32,991 nucleotides of DNA from Myxococcota bacterium. Lineage in GTDB: Bacteria > Myxococcota_C > UBA6777. Positions within the stretch are counted from its first letter, which is position 1; each line of letters starts with the position of its first letter. The stretch lies in the NCBI GenBank assembly GCA_023150835.1, contig JAKLKB010000005.1:62001-94991 (forward strand). The letters run 5' to 3'. A model generated the notes under the pieces. That model made no database searches and was not told the DNA's origin. It saw only the letters and a program-made list of their open reading frames with translations. Shown here in pieces: positions 17,382 to 26,500 of this stretch. Made by a program: the position numbers and the translations under genes.

Positions 17382-18281
17382 TTATCGAAGGGTGGTGCGA
17401 CGCATCCACCATAACAACAACACCACAAAACACCACACCGCACTCTGATCGGCCATCGGTGACGCTTCGCAACTTTGTTTGGGGGGAGGAGCCTCGTAAG
17501 ATGGCCTTGGCTCGGGACAAGCCCGCCGACCGTCCTCCACAGCCACAACTTCAAAGCGAAGCCGATCTTCTGGGGTCTTTCCATAGATCGAGCAGATCCC
17601 GTCGATATCATCGCTCGCGAGATCTCGCTTTTTGATCTCGCCTGACGGAGAATCCGCATACATCGTTGCATCCGCATCGGTCGAATGCTCCAAGCCCAAA
17701 ACGTGGCCAAATTCATGTACCGCTGTATTCATGATGTCGTGAAGCCCCGTTGGCGTCGGACTTTTCGCCGACCATCGAAAACTACGACCATTGAGCTGCA
17801 TATCCGCATCCTGTAGCTCACCCGTCGCAGGAACATAATTGATCGTCGTGAGGGCCAAAACCTCTAGAGAATCCGGCCAAGGCTCGGGATCTTCTACCCA
17901 ATACACCACATTTTGGTTCCTCCCTCCTGCGGTGTAGGTGGCTTGGGGCTTTTCAACAACACCTTGAAACACAAGCCGCGCTTGCGAACAAGGCACCACC
18001 GACCAAACCGCCGCTGCTTGCTTGATCGCTTCGATCGCTGCATCGCCTTCGACATCACGACTCCCCCCTTTGCCCACAAAGAACGGAATCTCCGACCTCC
18101 CCCAATAGACGGGCATCCCAAGCGATGTTCGCGTCTGCTGAAACGCCCAAACATCCGCACTTCCCATCCAACTCAGCAGCAGCGCGCAGCCGATCCATGC
18201 GGATCCATCCCGCACGCTCCGAACACAACAGCCAAACCACCCGCACACCCAACTCATCAACACACCATCCTTCCGCACCAT
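17382..18281 (-). CDS. Matrixin-like (metzincin) zinc metalloprotease with MYXO-CTERM-like C-terminal anchor
   Basis: HEFGHVLGLEH, Met-turn DATMY, DADMQLN; tail SCEASPMADQSAVWCFVVLLLWWMRR. Confidence 0.85.
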   Translation of the reverse strand: MVRKDGVLMSWVCGWFGCCVRSVRDGSAWIGCALLLSWMGSADVWAFQQTRTSLGMPVYWGRSEIPFFVGKGGSRDVEGDAAIEAIKQAAAVWSVVPCSQARLVFQGVVEKPQATYTAGGRNQNVVYWVEDPEPWPDSLEVLALTTINYVPATGELQDADMQLNGRSFRWSAKSPTPTGLHDIMNTAVHEFGHVLGLEHSTDADATMYADSPSGEIKKRDLASDDIDGICSIYGKTPEDRLRFEVVAVEDGRRACPEPRPSYEAPPPKQSCEASPMADQSAVWCFVVLLLWWMRRTTLR

Positions 18282-18287
18282 CCGCCT

Positions 18288-18833
18288 TTACAGCAGCGCA
18301 CGCAACACCACCAACGGACGATTCGAGGAATTGCCTCTGGCGTCTGTGATCTCGACCTCCACTTGCAAGCTTTGCCCACGCTCTAGCGCGATCCCCGTCA
18401 GATCCAACCACAAGATCGCATTGCCTTTGATCGCCGAAGGATCCCGAACGCTCGGAAACGGGCGCGACGACAAGACTTTTCCATCCACCCAAAACTGATA
18501 CGTCCCGCCCTGTAGATCCGACTCCATATCCAAATATTCGATGTAGATCTCCAACAATCGGCGATTTGCGGGGTCTCGACCAAAATAACTAATCTGTTGG
18601 ATCTCAGGCCGACCGGGACCACGCTCAAAACAGCGGTAAGCCTCTTCTCCTCCCGCATCACCCGCCACTTCCTCGCCCCAAACCGGCGACGGGCCACAGC
18701 CCAACGGAACGCCCGACAAACAACTCCACCCGATCCCGACAAAGACCAAGCATCCAAACAATCCATCCCACCGTAAAAAACGCAAACGATGCGCTTTGTT
18801 CAAGGATTCTCTCGCTCGATCTATCGGGTTCAT
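18288..18833 (-). CDS. Hypothetical exported protein or lipoprotein, beta-rich
   Basis: Hydrophobic segment followed by PLG-C; stop lies 6 nt before the matrixin start; Ig-like VEITDARGNSSN. Confidence 0.7.
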   Translation of the reverse strand: MNPIDRARESLNKAHRLRFLRWDGLFGCLVFVGIGWSCLSGVPLGCGPSPVWGEEVAGDAGGEEAYRCFERGPGRPEIQQISYFGRDPANRRLLEIYIEYLDMESDLQGGTYQFWVDGKVLSSRPFPSVRDPSAIKGNAILWLDLTGIALERGQSLQVEVEITDARGNSSNRPLVVLRALL

Positions 18834-18918
18834 CGATCACACCTTCCCAAACAAAACATCCCATCACCCAACACCGCACGCTCTCGACAAAAACACAAAG
18901 CACCCCGTTCACAAACCG

Positions 18919-21900
18919 CTACCGCTGTTGCAACCACAGCGCAGCCAGTTTGCGAATGGACTCGCGCTTGGCAGGCGAAGCTTCTGGATCGTAACCAAAA
19001 TCATCGCCAAACTCGTCTCGCAGATCTTCCTTGACCATCCGACGAATCCCTGCATCTTCGTGATTCAACGCATCCAAGATCCAATGCTTTCGGCTCTTTT
19101 GGCTTTGCAAACTGTACCACTGATTCCATTGACGGCTGTCCAAGCCAAACGATTGCAACGCAAGATGTCGCAACACCCGCTCGCTTTGTTCGCGGACTTC
19201 TTTTTCTTTCGACATCAATACTTTGATCAATTCAGGGATCGCCTCTGTAATACGCAGCTCTTCGATCAGCTGTAGCGCATGTTTGATCCGTCCCATCTCT
19301 CCCGACTGGAGATTGCTCACCAAAAAAGGCAGTAACTTTTCAAAACCGCCTTCTTCTTTGTAAGACAAGATCACCTTCCGAAGCATCCGACGCACAGCCC
19401 CGTCCTGCTCGACCAACAACTGCCTGATCAAGTGCGACATCGCGTTCGGAGACAACCATTTCCCCAACAACAGCAGCGCTCGCATCCGCGCAGGCGGTGC
19501 TTCTTTTTGCAAGACGCGGATCAGACGCAACAACGCCGGCTCATCGATCTTTTCACAGACCATCACCATCCGCTCTAGCTTTTCCTCTAAATCCGTATTC
19601 TTGCCCACCACATCTTGCGCAGGAAGATGCTCCAACATCGGCAAGATCACTTCACCACCAAAACTCGCCAGATCTCCCAGCAGTTGTGGAATCCGATGTA
19701 GCGGCGCAAGAAAAAGCTCCTCCAACAAACGTGCGGGCGTATCCGCCCCTTGTTTTGAACTGATGCTCTCCGCTGAACTCGGTGGTGGCTCTAGCGACGC
19801 CCCCAAGTCCACATCGATCTCGATACCGTCAACCACATCGTCCTCCACAAAGGATTGTCCTTGCAAAACCACTTGTGGGCGATCATCCGTGTCGTATGCT
19901 TTTTCCGCTGGCATCGCTGGCATCGCTGGCACCGTATAAGTTGACTCTTCACCGATCACCTCGGCAGGCCCCAACAACAGCGTCGGTTCGGCTTCCACCA
20001 CCAACGGCGGAGCTTGCTTACGATGCACCTCCGCACGCATCGCTCCCGCCCGACGAGCGACAGCATCGCCCTCATCCCTTCCCAAGACAGAGGCTCTCTC
20101 CACCCAAGCCTCCCTGCCTTGGCTCCCCCTATCTTCCGCTTTTTTCACATCGTTCGGCGCAATCGACGTAGCTTCGGCTTTTCTCACATCGTTCGGCGCA
20201 ATCGACGTAGCTTCCGCCTTTTTCACATCGTTCGGCGCAATCGACGTAGCTTCCGCCTTTTTCACATCGTTCGGCGCAATCGACGTAGCTTCCGCCTTTT
20301 TCACATCGTTCGGCGCAATCGGCGTAGCTTCCGCCTTTTTCACATCGTTCGGCGCAATCGGCGTAGCTTCCGCCTTTTTCACATCGTTCGGCGCAATCGG
20401 CGTAGCTTCGGACTGTTTCACATCGATCGGCGCAATCGGCCTAGCTTCCGCCTTTTTCACATCGTTCGGCGCAATCGGCGTAGCTTCGGACTGTTTCACA
20501 TCGATCGGCGCAATCGGCCTAGCTTCGACCTTTTTCGACACCATCGGTGCAATCGGCGCAGCTTCCGCCTCGCGACTCTTTTCGCCTCTTTCTTCTGCGC
20601 TGTACGTCAAAGACATCTCTGCGCCTGTGCTCGTTTGTGCGGGCAACGTCCGAGCCTTTGAAGCGTTCGGCGATGCCGTCGACGGAGCCGAAGTCGTCGA
20701 TGAAAGCGACGACGTAGATGTTGTCGACGGAGCCGAAGTCGTCGATGAAAGCGACGACGTAGATGTTGTCGACGGAGCCGATGAAAGCGAAAGCGCAGAA
20801 GGAGAGGATGCCGCCGATGAAAGCGACGGCGCGTTTGGGATAGCGGGTGGAGGCGCGTCTTCTTGGGCGGTTTCAGAGGGAGATCTTCGGGTGGGGCGGA
20901 AGGCGTTGCGCAAAGATTCCACAGGCGGCAAGGCCAACTTGATCTCTCCTCCGTTGGTTGGCTTTTTAGAAGATTCCTCTTTGTTTTCTATTTTGTCAGT
21001 TGGAGCGCTGCGCGGATCGACAGCCTTTTTTCCGACAGGTGGCTGCTGTTCGGTTTTTTCGGATTGTGGGGGGAACGCCATGTGCTTTTGGGCTTTTGGA
21101 GAGACCGAATCGATTGCAGCCTCTGTCTGCTTTGGTGACGGTGATTCCTTCGATATATCGGCCTTTTCCGTTTCATTAAATCGCATACTCGCGGGCGCTG
21201 ATTCGAGAGCGGCATCTTTCGCCGGCGATGCCGCTTCGTCTGGGCCTTCTTCGATCAGCATGGCTGCATCAAGCTCAACGGAGCTATCTTCCGGACGCAT
21301 CGGCGGTTCATCGACGATGTACGCTTCGATCTGAGAGGAGATGTCCGTTTTCTCGCTCTGTGTTGCCTCTTTGATACGTGCGGCCTCTTTGATACGTGCG
21401 GCCTCTTCGATACGTGCGGCCTCTTCGATGCGTGCGGCCTCTTCGATACGTGCGGCCTCTTCGATGCGTGCGGCCTCTTCGATGCGTGCGGTCTCTTCGA
21501 TGCGTGCGGCCTCTTCGATGCGTGCGGTCTCTTCGGTGCGTGCGGCCTCTTCGATGCGTGCGGTCTCTTCGATGCGTACGGTCTCTTCGATGCGTGCGGT
21601 CTCTTCGATGCGTGCGTCTTCTTGATGGAGAGACAAAAGGGGCGAAGTTTCGGCGTTTTGTGCGAATTGTTGAGGATCGTTGTTGCGAGAAGCAACCGCA
21701 CGATCGCGACCCAAGGCGTCCGCCAAACGATGCGGGTCGATCGACGAAGAAGTCTCGCGCAGCGCAGCCACACCGCGCACAGAAGCTGCCAACGCCGCAG
21801 AAGGTTCATGAGCATCGGGATCAGCCCATCCTGCGGGAGGTTGAAACAAAGACGTTGGAAACCGCTGGCTCAGATGCAGCCAACGACGTGGCATCTTGTG

Positions 21901-22320
21901 TTGATAAAGGGCTTCCAATCCCTGAACAATCCGAAGAAAAGGCACGCGATGGATCTGGATCGTTTGGCCCAACCAGTACGACAACGGCCACTGATCGCTG
22001 ATCGTTCCCACAGCCGCGAGAAGATGCAAGACGCCATGTTCTTCGCGGATGGGAAGCAGCTCAAGCTGCAACGCCAGCGCAGGGGGAACACGCAACAGCG
22101 CCTCAAGATGTGGGCATTCCATCCATAACAACAACGGTGATGGATCTTGATACGCTTGACACATCACCGCCTGAAGCTCGTCAGGCTCAAACCAGCCAAG
22201 CTCCAGCAAGTGCGTATCCAACCCTCCCCCAAACAATTGTTGACGATGGAAAGCTTGTTCTACCTGTCCGAGCGTGAGCCGCTGTTGTTGCACAAGAAAG
22301 TGTCCGAGTCGAAAAGACAT
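18919..22320 (-). CDS. Large FrgA-like protein: MshEN/GspE N-terminal domain, repeat-rich linker, C-terminal HEAT-like domain
   Basis: N-terminal RLGHFLVQQQRLTLGQVEQAFHRQ..GGLDTHLLELG and ALQLELLPI; C-terminal helical repeats AIPELIKVL..VREQSERVLRHL..FGYDP. FrgA likeness is from recalled architecture only. Confidence 0.75.
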   Translation of the reverse strand: MSFRLGHFLVQQQRLTLGQVEQAFHRQQLFGGGLDTHLLELGWFEPDELQAVMCQAYQDPSPLLLWMECPHLEALLRVPPALALQLELLPIREEHGVLHLLAAVGTISDQWPLSYWLGQTIQIHRVPFLRIVQGLEALYQHKMPRRWLHLSQRFPTSLFQPPAGWADPDAHEPSAALAASVRGVAALRETSSSIDPHRLADALGRDRAVASRNNDPQQFAQNAETSPLLSLHQEDARIEETARIEETVRIEETARIEEAARTEETARIEEAARIEETARIEEAARIEEAARIEEAARIEEAARIEEAARIKEAARIKEATQSEKTDISSQIEAYIVDEPPMRPEDSSVELDAAMLIEEGPDEAASPAKDAALESAPASMRFNETEKADISKESPSPKQTEAAIDSVSPKAQKHMAFPPQSEKTEQQPPVGKKAVDPRSAPTDKIENKEESSKKPTNGGEIKLALPPVESLRNAFRPTRRSPSETAQEDAPPPAIPNAPSLSSAASSPSALSLSSAPSTTSTSSLSSTTSAPSTTSTSSLSSTTSAPSTASPNASKARTLPAQTSTGAEMSLTYSAEERGEKSREAEAAPIAPMVSKKVEARPIAPIDVKQSEATPIAPNDVKKAEARPIAPIDVKQSEATPIAPNDVKKAEATPIAPNDVKKAEATPIAPNDVKKAEATSIAPNDVKKAEATSIAPNDVKKAEATSIAPNDVRKAEATSIAPNDVKKAEDRGSQGREAWVERASVLGRDEGDAVARRAGAMRAEVHRKQAPPLVVEAEPTLLLGPAEVIGEESTYTVPAMPAMPAEKAYDTDDRPQVVLQGQSFVEDDVVDGIEIDVDLGASLEPPPSSAESISSKQGADTPARLLEELFLAPLHRIPQLLGDLASFGGEVILPMLEHLPAQDVVGKNTDLEEKLERMVMVCEKIDEPALLRLIRVLQKEAPPARMRALLLLGKWLSPNAMSHLIRQLLVEQDGAVRRMLRKVILSYKEEGGFEKLLPFLVSNLQSGEMGRIKHALQLIEELRITEAIPELIKVLMSKEKEVREQSERVLRHLALQSFGLDSRQWNQWYSLQSQKSRKHWILDALNHEDAGIRRMVKEDLRDEFGDDFGYDPEASPAKRESIRKLAALWLQQR
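20133..20570. repeat. 39-bp in-frame tandem repeat, ~11 copies (encodes EATPIAPNDVKKA)
   Basis: Unit TTTCACATCGTTCGGCGCAATCGRCGTAGCTTCCGCCTT. Confidence 0.95.
20678..20830. repeat. 45-bp in-frame repeat, 2-3 copies (Ser/Thr-rich)
   Basis: GTCGACGGAGCCGAAGTCGTCGATGAAAGCGACGACGTAGATGTT twice, plus a partial copy. Confidence 0.85.
21365..21622. repeat. 18-bp in-frame tandem repeat, ~14 copies (encodes RIEEAA/RIEETA)
   Basis: Unit CTCTTCGATGCGTGCGGY. Confidence 0.95.
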
Positions 22321-22518
22321 GGCTGTGTTCTCTTCAAAATGTACAGGTGGTTGCGTGGTTGCGTGATCCGTCCGTTACGGTTCGCATGAGCGCAGCACTC
22401 TAACACTCCCATCCTCCGATGACAAGCGCGTTTTGTCTTCCTCTCCTCGCTTCGATCTCGTGCTGGATCTGGAATGCAAATTTTTTACACAAAAGTGTTG
22501 TCAAAGCGTCCAAAGCGT

Positions 22519-22838
22519 GGCATAGAGAATCCACCCAAATCCGGTGTCGGCTCTTGATCCACGAAGCCAGCCGCTTCACCCACACGGAGAACAATCCCTC
22601 CGTCAGCGATCTCGCCCACAAGGACGCGATCCACAAGAGCAGATGCCTTTATGTGAGGAGGAATGCGTGCGTTTGATGCACAACCCCACGAACAAAACAA
22701 GCCCTCTACACGGGCTTTCGTGGGGCGTTTCTGAGATCCAACATGATCTCAAACAAGCTCCCAAAGATCGAAAGGTATGTCAGGTCTCGCAAACAATCGG
22801 TGATCACGGGGTCTTTACTCAAAACCCCGACCGCTTGT
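22519..22838 (-). ncRNA. Candidate structured RNA (sRNA or long leader), family unknown
   Basis: At least six stems, including GCTCTTG/CAAGAGC, ACGGAG/CTCCGT, CCCCACGAA/TTCGTGGGG, TGAGATC/GATCTCA and CGGGGT/ACCCCG. Several extend by G-U pairs only on the minus strand. Confidence 0.35.
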
Positions 22839-22886
22839 GGAAGTGTATGCTCGGAGATTAGTGGCGATTGGCGTTGATTTGCAGCA

Positions 22887-22951
22887 AAAAGCAAAAACGA
22901 AAAGCAAGAACGAAAAGCAAGAACGAAAAACAAAAACGAAAAACAAAAACG
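22887..22951. repeat. 13-bp A-tract tandem repeat, 5 copies
   Basis: AAAARCAARAACG at 22887, 22900, 22913, 22926 and 22939. Confidence 0.9.
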
Positions 22952-23224
22952 CAACACGTGTTGACCGTTCCACCCGTTCTGAATGCCCCCAAATCGCCCC
23001 CTCCTTTTTAGCGCTGCCTTCTTGGATCACGCGCTCTCTCTCCAACGCATAAATTTTCCTTGACAGACTGCCCTTCTTTCTTTAATCAAGCCACCCTATT
23101 TTTGCGCGTCCGGTTTGGAGGATCCGTTTCCCATGAGGGGAGACAGGCGTCTAAAAAAACACGAAGCGCATCACGCTTCAGAACTGGTTGCGAGACGACT
23201 CGACAACCGATGGAGGATTATGGA

Positions 23225-23662
23225 TTGAAAGCGTTAGGCCGTCAAATCATCCTTGAGTGTTACGACTGCGATGCAGAGATCATCAACGATGTCCAGCTTG
23301 TCGAGCAGATCATGGTCGAGGCTGCGATCGAAGCCGAGGCGACCGTCATCAAATCAGCGTTCCACCCCTTCTTTCCCCAAGGAGTGAGCGGCGTTGTGGT
23401 GATCGCCGAAAGCCACTTGACCATCCACACATGGCCCGAACTTGGTTACGCCGCCATCGATGTCTTTACCTGCGGCGATCAAGCCTCCCCCGAACGCGCT
23501 TGCGAGTACCTCTTGCAAAAGTTCGGCTGCGGTCATCACACCACCCTCGAAGTCAAACGCGGACAAATGGTCCCCGCCTCCCAACACTTTGAACCCCAAC
23601 ACTTCGAGGATGAAGTGGTTGTCCCGCTGCAACCCGTACTCCGAAAAAGTAGCTTCCGTTAA
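23225..23662 (+). CDS. speD: S-adenosylmethionine decarboxylase proenzyme (SpeD/SpeH type)
   Basis: GVSGVVVIAE-SHLTIHTWPE..YAAIDVFTCG with the pyruvoyl cleavage site; TTG start (MKALGRQ) 8 nt after GGAGG. Confidence 0.95.
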   Translation: MKALGRQIILECYDCDAEIINDVQLVEQIMVEAAIEAEATVIKSAFHPFFPQGVSGVVVIAESHLTIHTWPELGYAAIDVFTCGDQASPERACEYLLQKFGCGHHTTLEVKRGQMVPASQHFEPQHFEDEVVVPLQPVLRKSSFR

Positions 23663-23842
23663 ATCATCCCGGGATATCTTCTCCCACACCAGCCTCCCAA
23701 GCCAAATACCCAAAGGCAGGCTCACCCTTTTAATCCTCCGCATCACCGCTGTTTTGCGACAAGCGCATCGATCTATTCGCTCCGCCCGATCGCACACGCC
23801 CAAACAGCGCGCCATGCTGCATCGCCCTTGGAGACACCCGCG

Positions 23843-24700
23843 ATGACCTCACACCTCTGGTTTCACGAAGTCGGTCAACACCACTTCGGTATCCAAATCC
23901 GCGTACGCCGTACGCTTTGTCATGTCCAATCCCCCTACCAAGAGATCATGCTCCTTGAGACCGAAGGGATGGGACGCATGATGATCCTTGATGGTTGCGT
24001 CATGCTCACCGAACGCGACGAATTCTTGTACCACGAGATGCTCGCTCATCCCGCTGTTTGTAGCCACCCCGATCCCAAACGCGTCCTCGTGATCGGCGGC
24101 GGAGACGGCGGAACGGTCCGCGAACTCCTTCGCTATCCCGAGATCGAATCGATCGATCTCGTCGAACTTGACGAACAAGTCGTCCGCCTCTCCCAAGAAT
24201 TCCTCCCCGAGATCAGTGCTGGACTGACCGACCCCCGCGTCACCATGCACTTTCGCGATGGCGTCGTCTTCCTCCAAGAACGCACCAACACCTACGATAT
24301 CATCTTTATCGACTCCACCGATCCTGTCGGTCCTGCCGCTGGATTGATCGCCCAAGAATTTTTCGCCAACTGCAAACGCGCACTTCGCGGTCAAGGCATC
24401 GCCGTGATGCAAAGCGAATCTCCCTTCGTCCACGCCAAAGAAATCAAACAGATCCATCACAACCTCAAACCCGTCTTCCCCAACCCCCAACTCTACCTCT
24501 CCCCCATGCTCTCCTATCCTTCGGGCTGGTGGAGCTTTACGATGGTCTCCGAAAAATTCGACGCTCGCCGCGACTTCGTCGAAGAACGCTGCCATCGCGT
24601 CTCCAAACAACTCGAATACTACAACCCCGCCATCCACCAATCCGCCTTTACCCTGCCCAACTTCGTTCAGCGTATGCTCAACGAACCCCAAAACGCTTGA
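23843..24700 (+). CDS. speE: Spermidine synthase (polyamine aminopropyltransferase)
   Basis: SPYQEI, LDGCVMLTERDEFLYHEML, VLVIGGGDGG, DSTDPVGPA and YPSGWW. Confidence 0.95.
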   Translation: MTSHLWFHEVGQHHFGIQIRVRRTLCHVQSPYQEIMLLETEGMGRMMILDGCVMLTERDEFLYHEMLAHPAVCSHPDPKRVLVIGGGDGGTVRELLRYPEIESIDLVELDEQVVRLSQEFLPEISAGLTDPRVTMHFRDGVVFLQERTNTYDIIFIDSTDPVGPAAGLIAQEFFANCKRALRGQGIAVMQSESPFVHAKEIKQIHHNLKPVFPNPQLYLSPMLSYPSGWWSFTMVSEKFDARRDFVEERCHRVSKQLEYYNPAIHQSAFTLPNFVQRMLNEPQNA

Positions 24701-24785
24701 TCCCTCCCTCTTTTTTTGAGTTCCCTCCTGTCTTCGTTCGATAAAAGAGCCTGCGATCCCTCGCTTGCGCTCGGTTCCTCCGTTC

Positions 24786-24814
24786 TTGACTTCGCTTCGA
24801 GGGCAAGATACCTT
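24786..24814 (+). promoter_or_regulatory. Sigma70-type promoter upstream of the PP2C gene
   Basis: TTGACT-17 nt-TACCTT. Confidence 0.55.
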
Positions 24815-24959
24815 GGCCGACAAATGAGGCCAAAACCCCGAAAGTCCTTAATCCTGATGGCTGGCCTGTTTTGAAACGATCCTGCGCGTTTTTTCTCTTC
24901 ACAAAACAAACGCGACTCCGCTCAAAACACGCCCCCACAAGAGTGGTGCGGTTGAAAAG

Positions 24960-26237
24960 ATGGCGAAAAATCACGGAAAATCCACAAACACCAATACCAA
25001 GCTCACACAGATCTCCATCCAAGCGTGGGTCAAAAGCGATGTCGGACGCGTCCGAAAAAACAATGAAGACAACTTCCTCGCAGACACCGTCAACGGACTC
25101 TTCGTTGTAGCCGATGGAATGGGCGGACACGAACACGGCGAACTCGCAAGCCAACGCGCCACCGAATCCGTCCGAAACTACATCCACAACGCCATGAGCG
25201 GCATCAAAGCCTTCGCCCTCGATCCGAGCCCCGAACGACGCGCTTGGCTCGAACAGATCATCGAAGGAGCCATCCAAGCCGCAAACCTCGAAGTCTTCAA
25301 ACTCGCCGAACAAAAAGGCGTCGCTGGCAACATGGGAACCACCCTCTCCATGCTGCTCTTTGTCTCACCCAACGAAGCCCTGCTCGGACACGTCGGTGAT
25401 AGCCGCATCTATCGCATCCGCAACAAAGAAGTCAAACAACTCACCGACGATCAAACCCTCGTCCAAGAACAACTCCGCAAAGGTCTCGTCCGCCTCGAAG
25501 ATGCCGCACACGTCCCCTTTGGCAACACCCTCCTCCAAGCCGTCGGATACCGCGAGCGCGTCGCCCCCGATATCCTTTGGCTTGAACTCGAACCCGGCGA
25601 TCAATTCTTGCTCTGCTCCGATGGCCTCTCCAACTACTTGATCGAAGATGAGATCGTCACCGTCTTCTCCCAAGCTCGCGGTGAACAGATCGTCCCCCGT
25701 TTGATCGCCTGCGCCAATGCTCGCGGTGGACGCGACAACATCACCGCCATCGTCACCGAGATCGAAGATCCTTCCGCTTCCATGGCCGCCACGCAACTCG
25801 ATCTCAGCGCTGACCTGCTCTCCCAATGCCCGCTGCTCGAAGGCCTCGGTATGGCCCAATCCATGCGCCTTCTCCCCATCGGACAACTTCGCCTGTTTAT
25901 CAAAGACGAGATCATCCAAGCCGAAGGGAACCCCGGTGTCGGCTTGATCATGATCCTTGCCGGACGCATCGGACTCTATCGACGCGGAACTTGGATATCC
26001 ACCGCTGGCTCAGGCGATCACTTCGGCGATGTCGAACTCTTCGACCAAAAAAATGCCTCCGAAAGCGCCATCTGCGAAGAAGAAACCCGCGTGATCATCT
26101 TTGAACATGAAAAACTTCGCCAATTCTTCAATGAAAACGCAGATATGGCCCAAAAACTTCTCTGGAATATCGCCAAATACCAAGCCAAACGCATCCGCAA
26201 TTACGAAGGCCGCCTCGCTCAACTCCTCGGCCAATAA
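24960..26237 (+). CDS. PP2C/Stp1-family Ser/Thr phosphatase with C-terminal cyclic-nucleotide-binding-like domain
   Basis: SDVGRVRKNNED, VADGMGG, MGTT, HVGDSRIY, LCSDGL and GGRDNIT; CNB-like IQAEG..GDHFG. Confidence 0.92.
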   Translation: MAKNHGKSTNTNTKLTQISIQAWVKSDVGRVRKNNEDNFLADTVNGLFVVADGMGGHEHGELASQRATESVRNYIHNAMSGIKAFALDPSPERRAWLEQIIEGAIQAANLEVFKLAEQKGVAGNMGTTLSMLLFVSPNEALLGHVGDSRIYRIRNKEVKQLTDDQTLVQEQLRKGLVRLEDAAHVPFGNTLLQAVGYRERVAPDILWLELEPGDQFLLCSDGLSNYLIEDEIVTVFSQARGEQIVPRLIACANARGGRDNITAIVTEIEDPSASMAATQLDLSADLLSQCPLLEGLGMAQSMRLLPIGQLRLFIKDEIIQAEGNPGVGLIMILAGRIGLYRRGTWISTAGSGDHFGDVELFDQKNASESAICEEETRVIIFEHEKLRQFFNENADMAQKLLWNIAKYQAKRIRNYEGRLAQLLGQ

Positions 26238-26311
26238 CTCCACCCCTTCACCCTCCACAACAGCCCATCCTCCCGCCCACACAACAAAACCACAACCCCG
26301 AAAGAAGAACC

Positions 26312-26340
26312 TTGACAGAAAACAGGCGCTTCGCTAGTGT
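26312..26340 (+). promoter_or_regulatory. Sigma70-type promoter of the lipoprotein/OMP cluster
   Basis: TTGACA-17 nt-TAGTGT. Confidence 0.65.
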
Positions 26341-26500
26341 GTGGCGATCTTTGGCGCAAGGGCCCTAGCAGACGTAGACTCTACCGCCGATCCTTTCGGT
26401 CTCATGGTTTGTTTGAACGCCTCGCTTTTCTTTCCGCCCACTCGTCTCATGCACACGATGGATACAAGAGTTTGTTGCTTTATTGTATGGAAGGTTGATC

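Noticed and set aside
22755-22800. c-di-GMP-I riboswitch (GAAA loop, GCAAAC) upstream of the MshEN gene
   Set aside because: The elements are on the wrong strand and out of order relative to the consensus.
23085-23210. SAM-I riboswitch before speD
   Set aside because: Only fragments (ATCAAG, GGAGG, CCCATGA) are present; the P3 and P1 core elements are missing.
23060-23224. ORF-track N-terminal extension of SpeD from TTG 23060
   Set aside because: Family similarity begins at MKALGRQ; the upstream TTG belongs to a TTGACA -35-like box.
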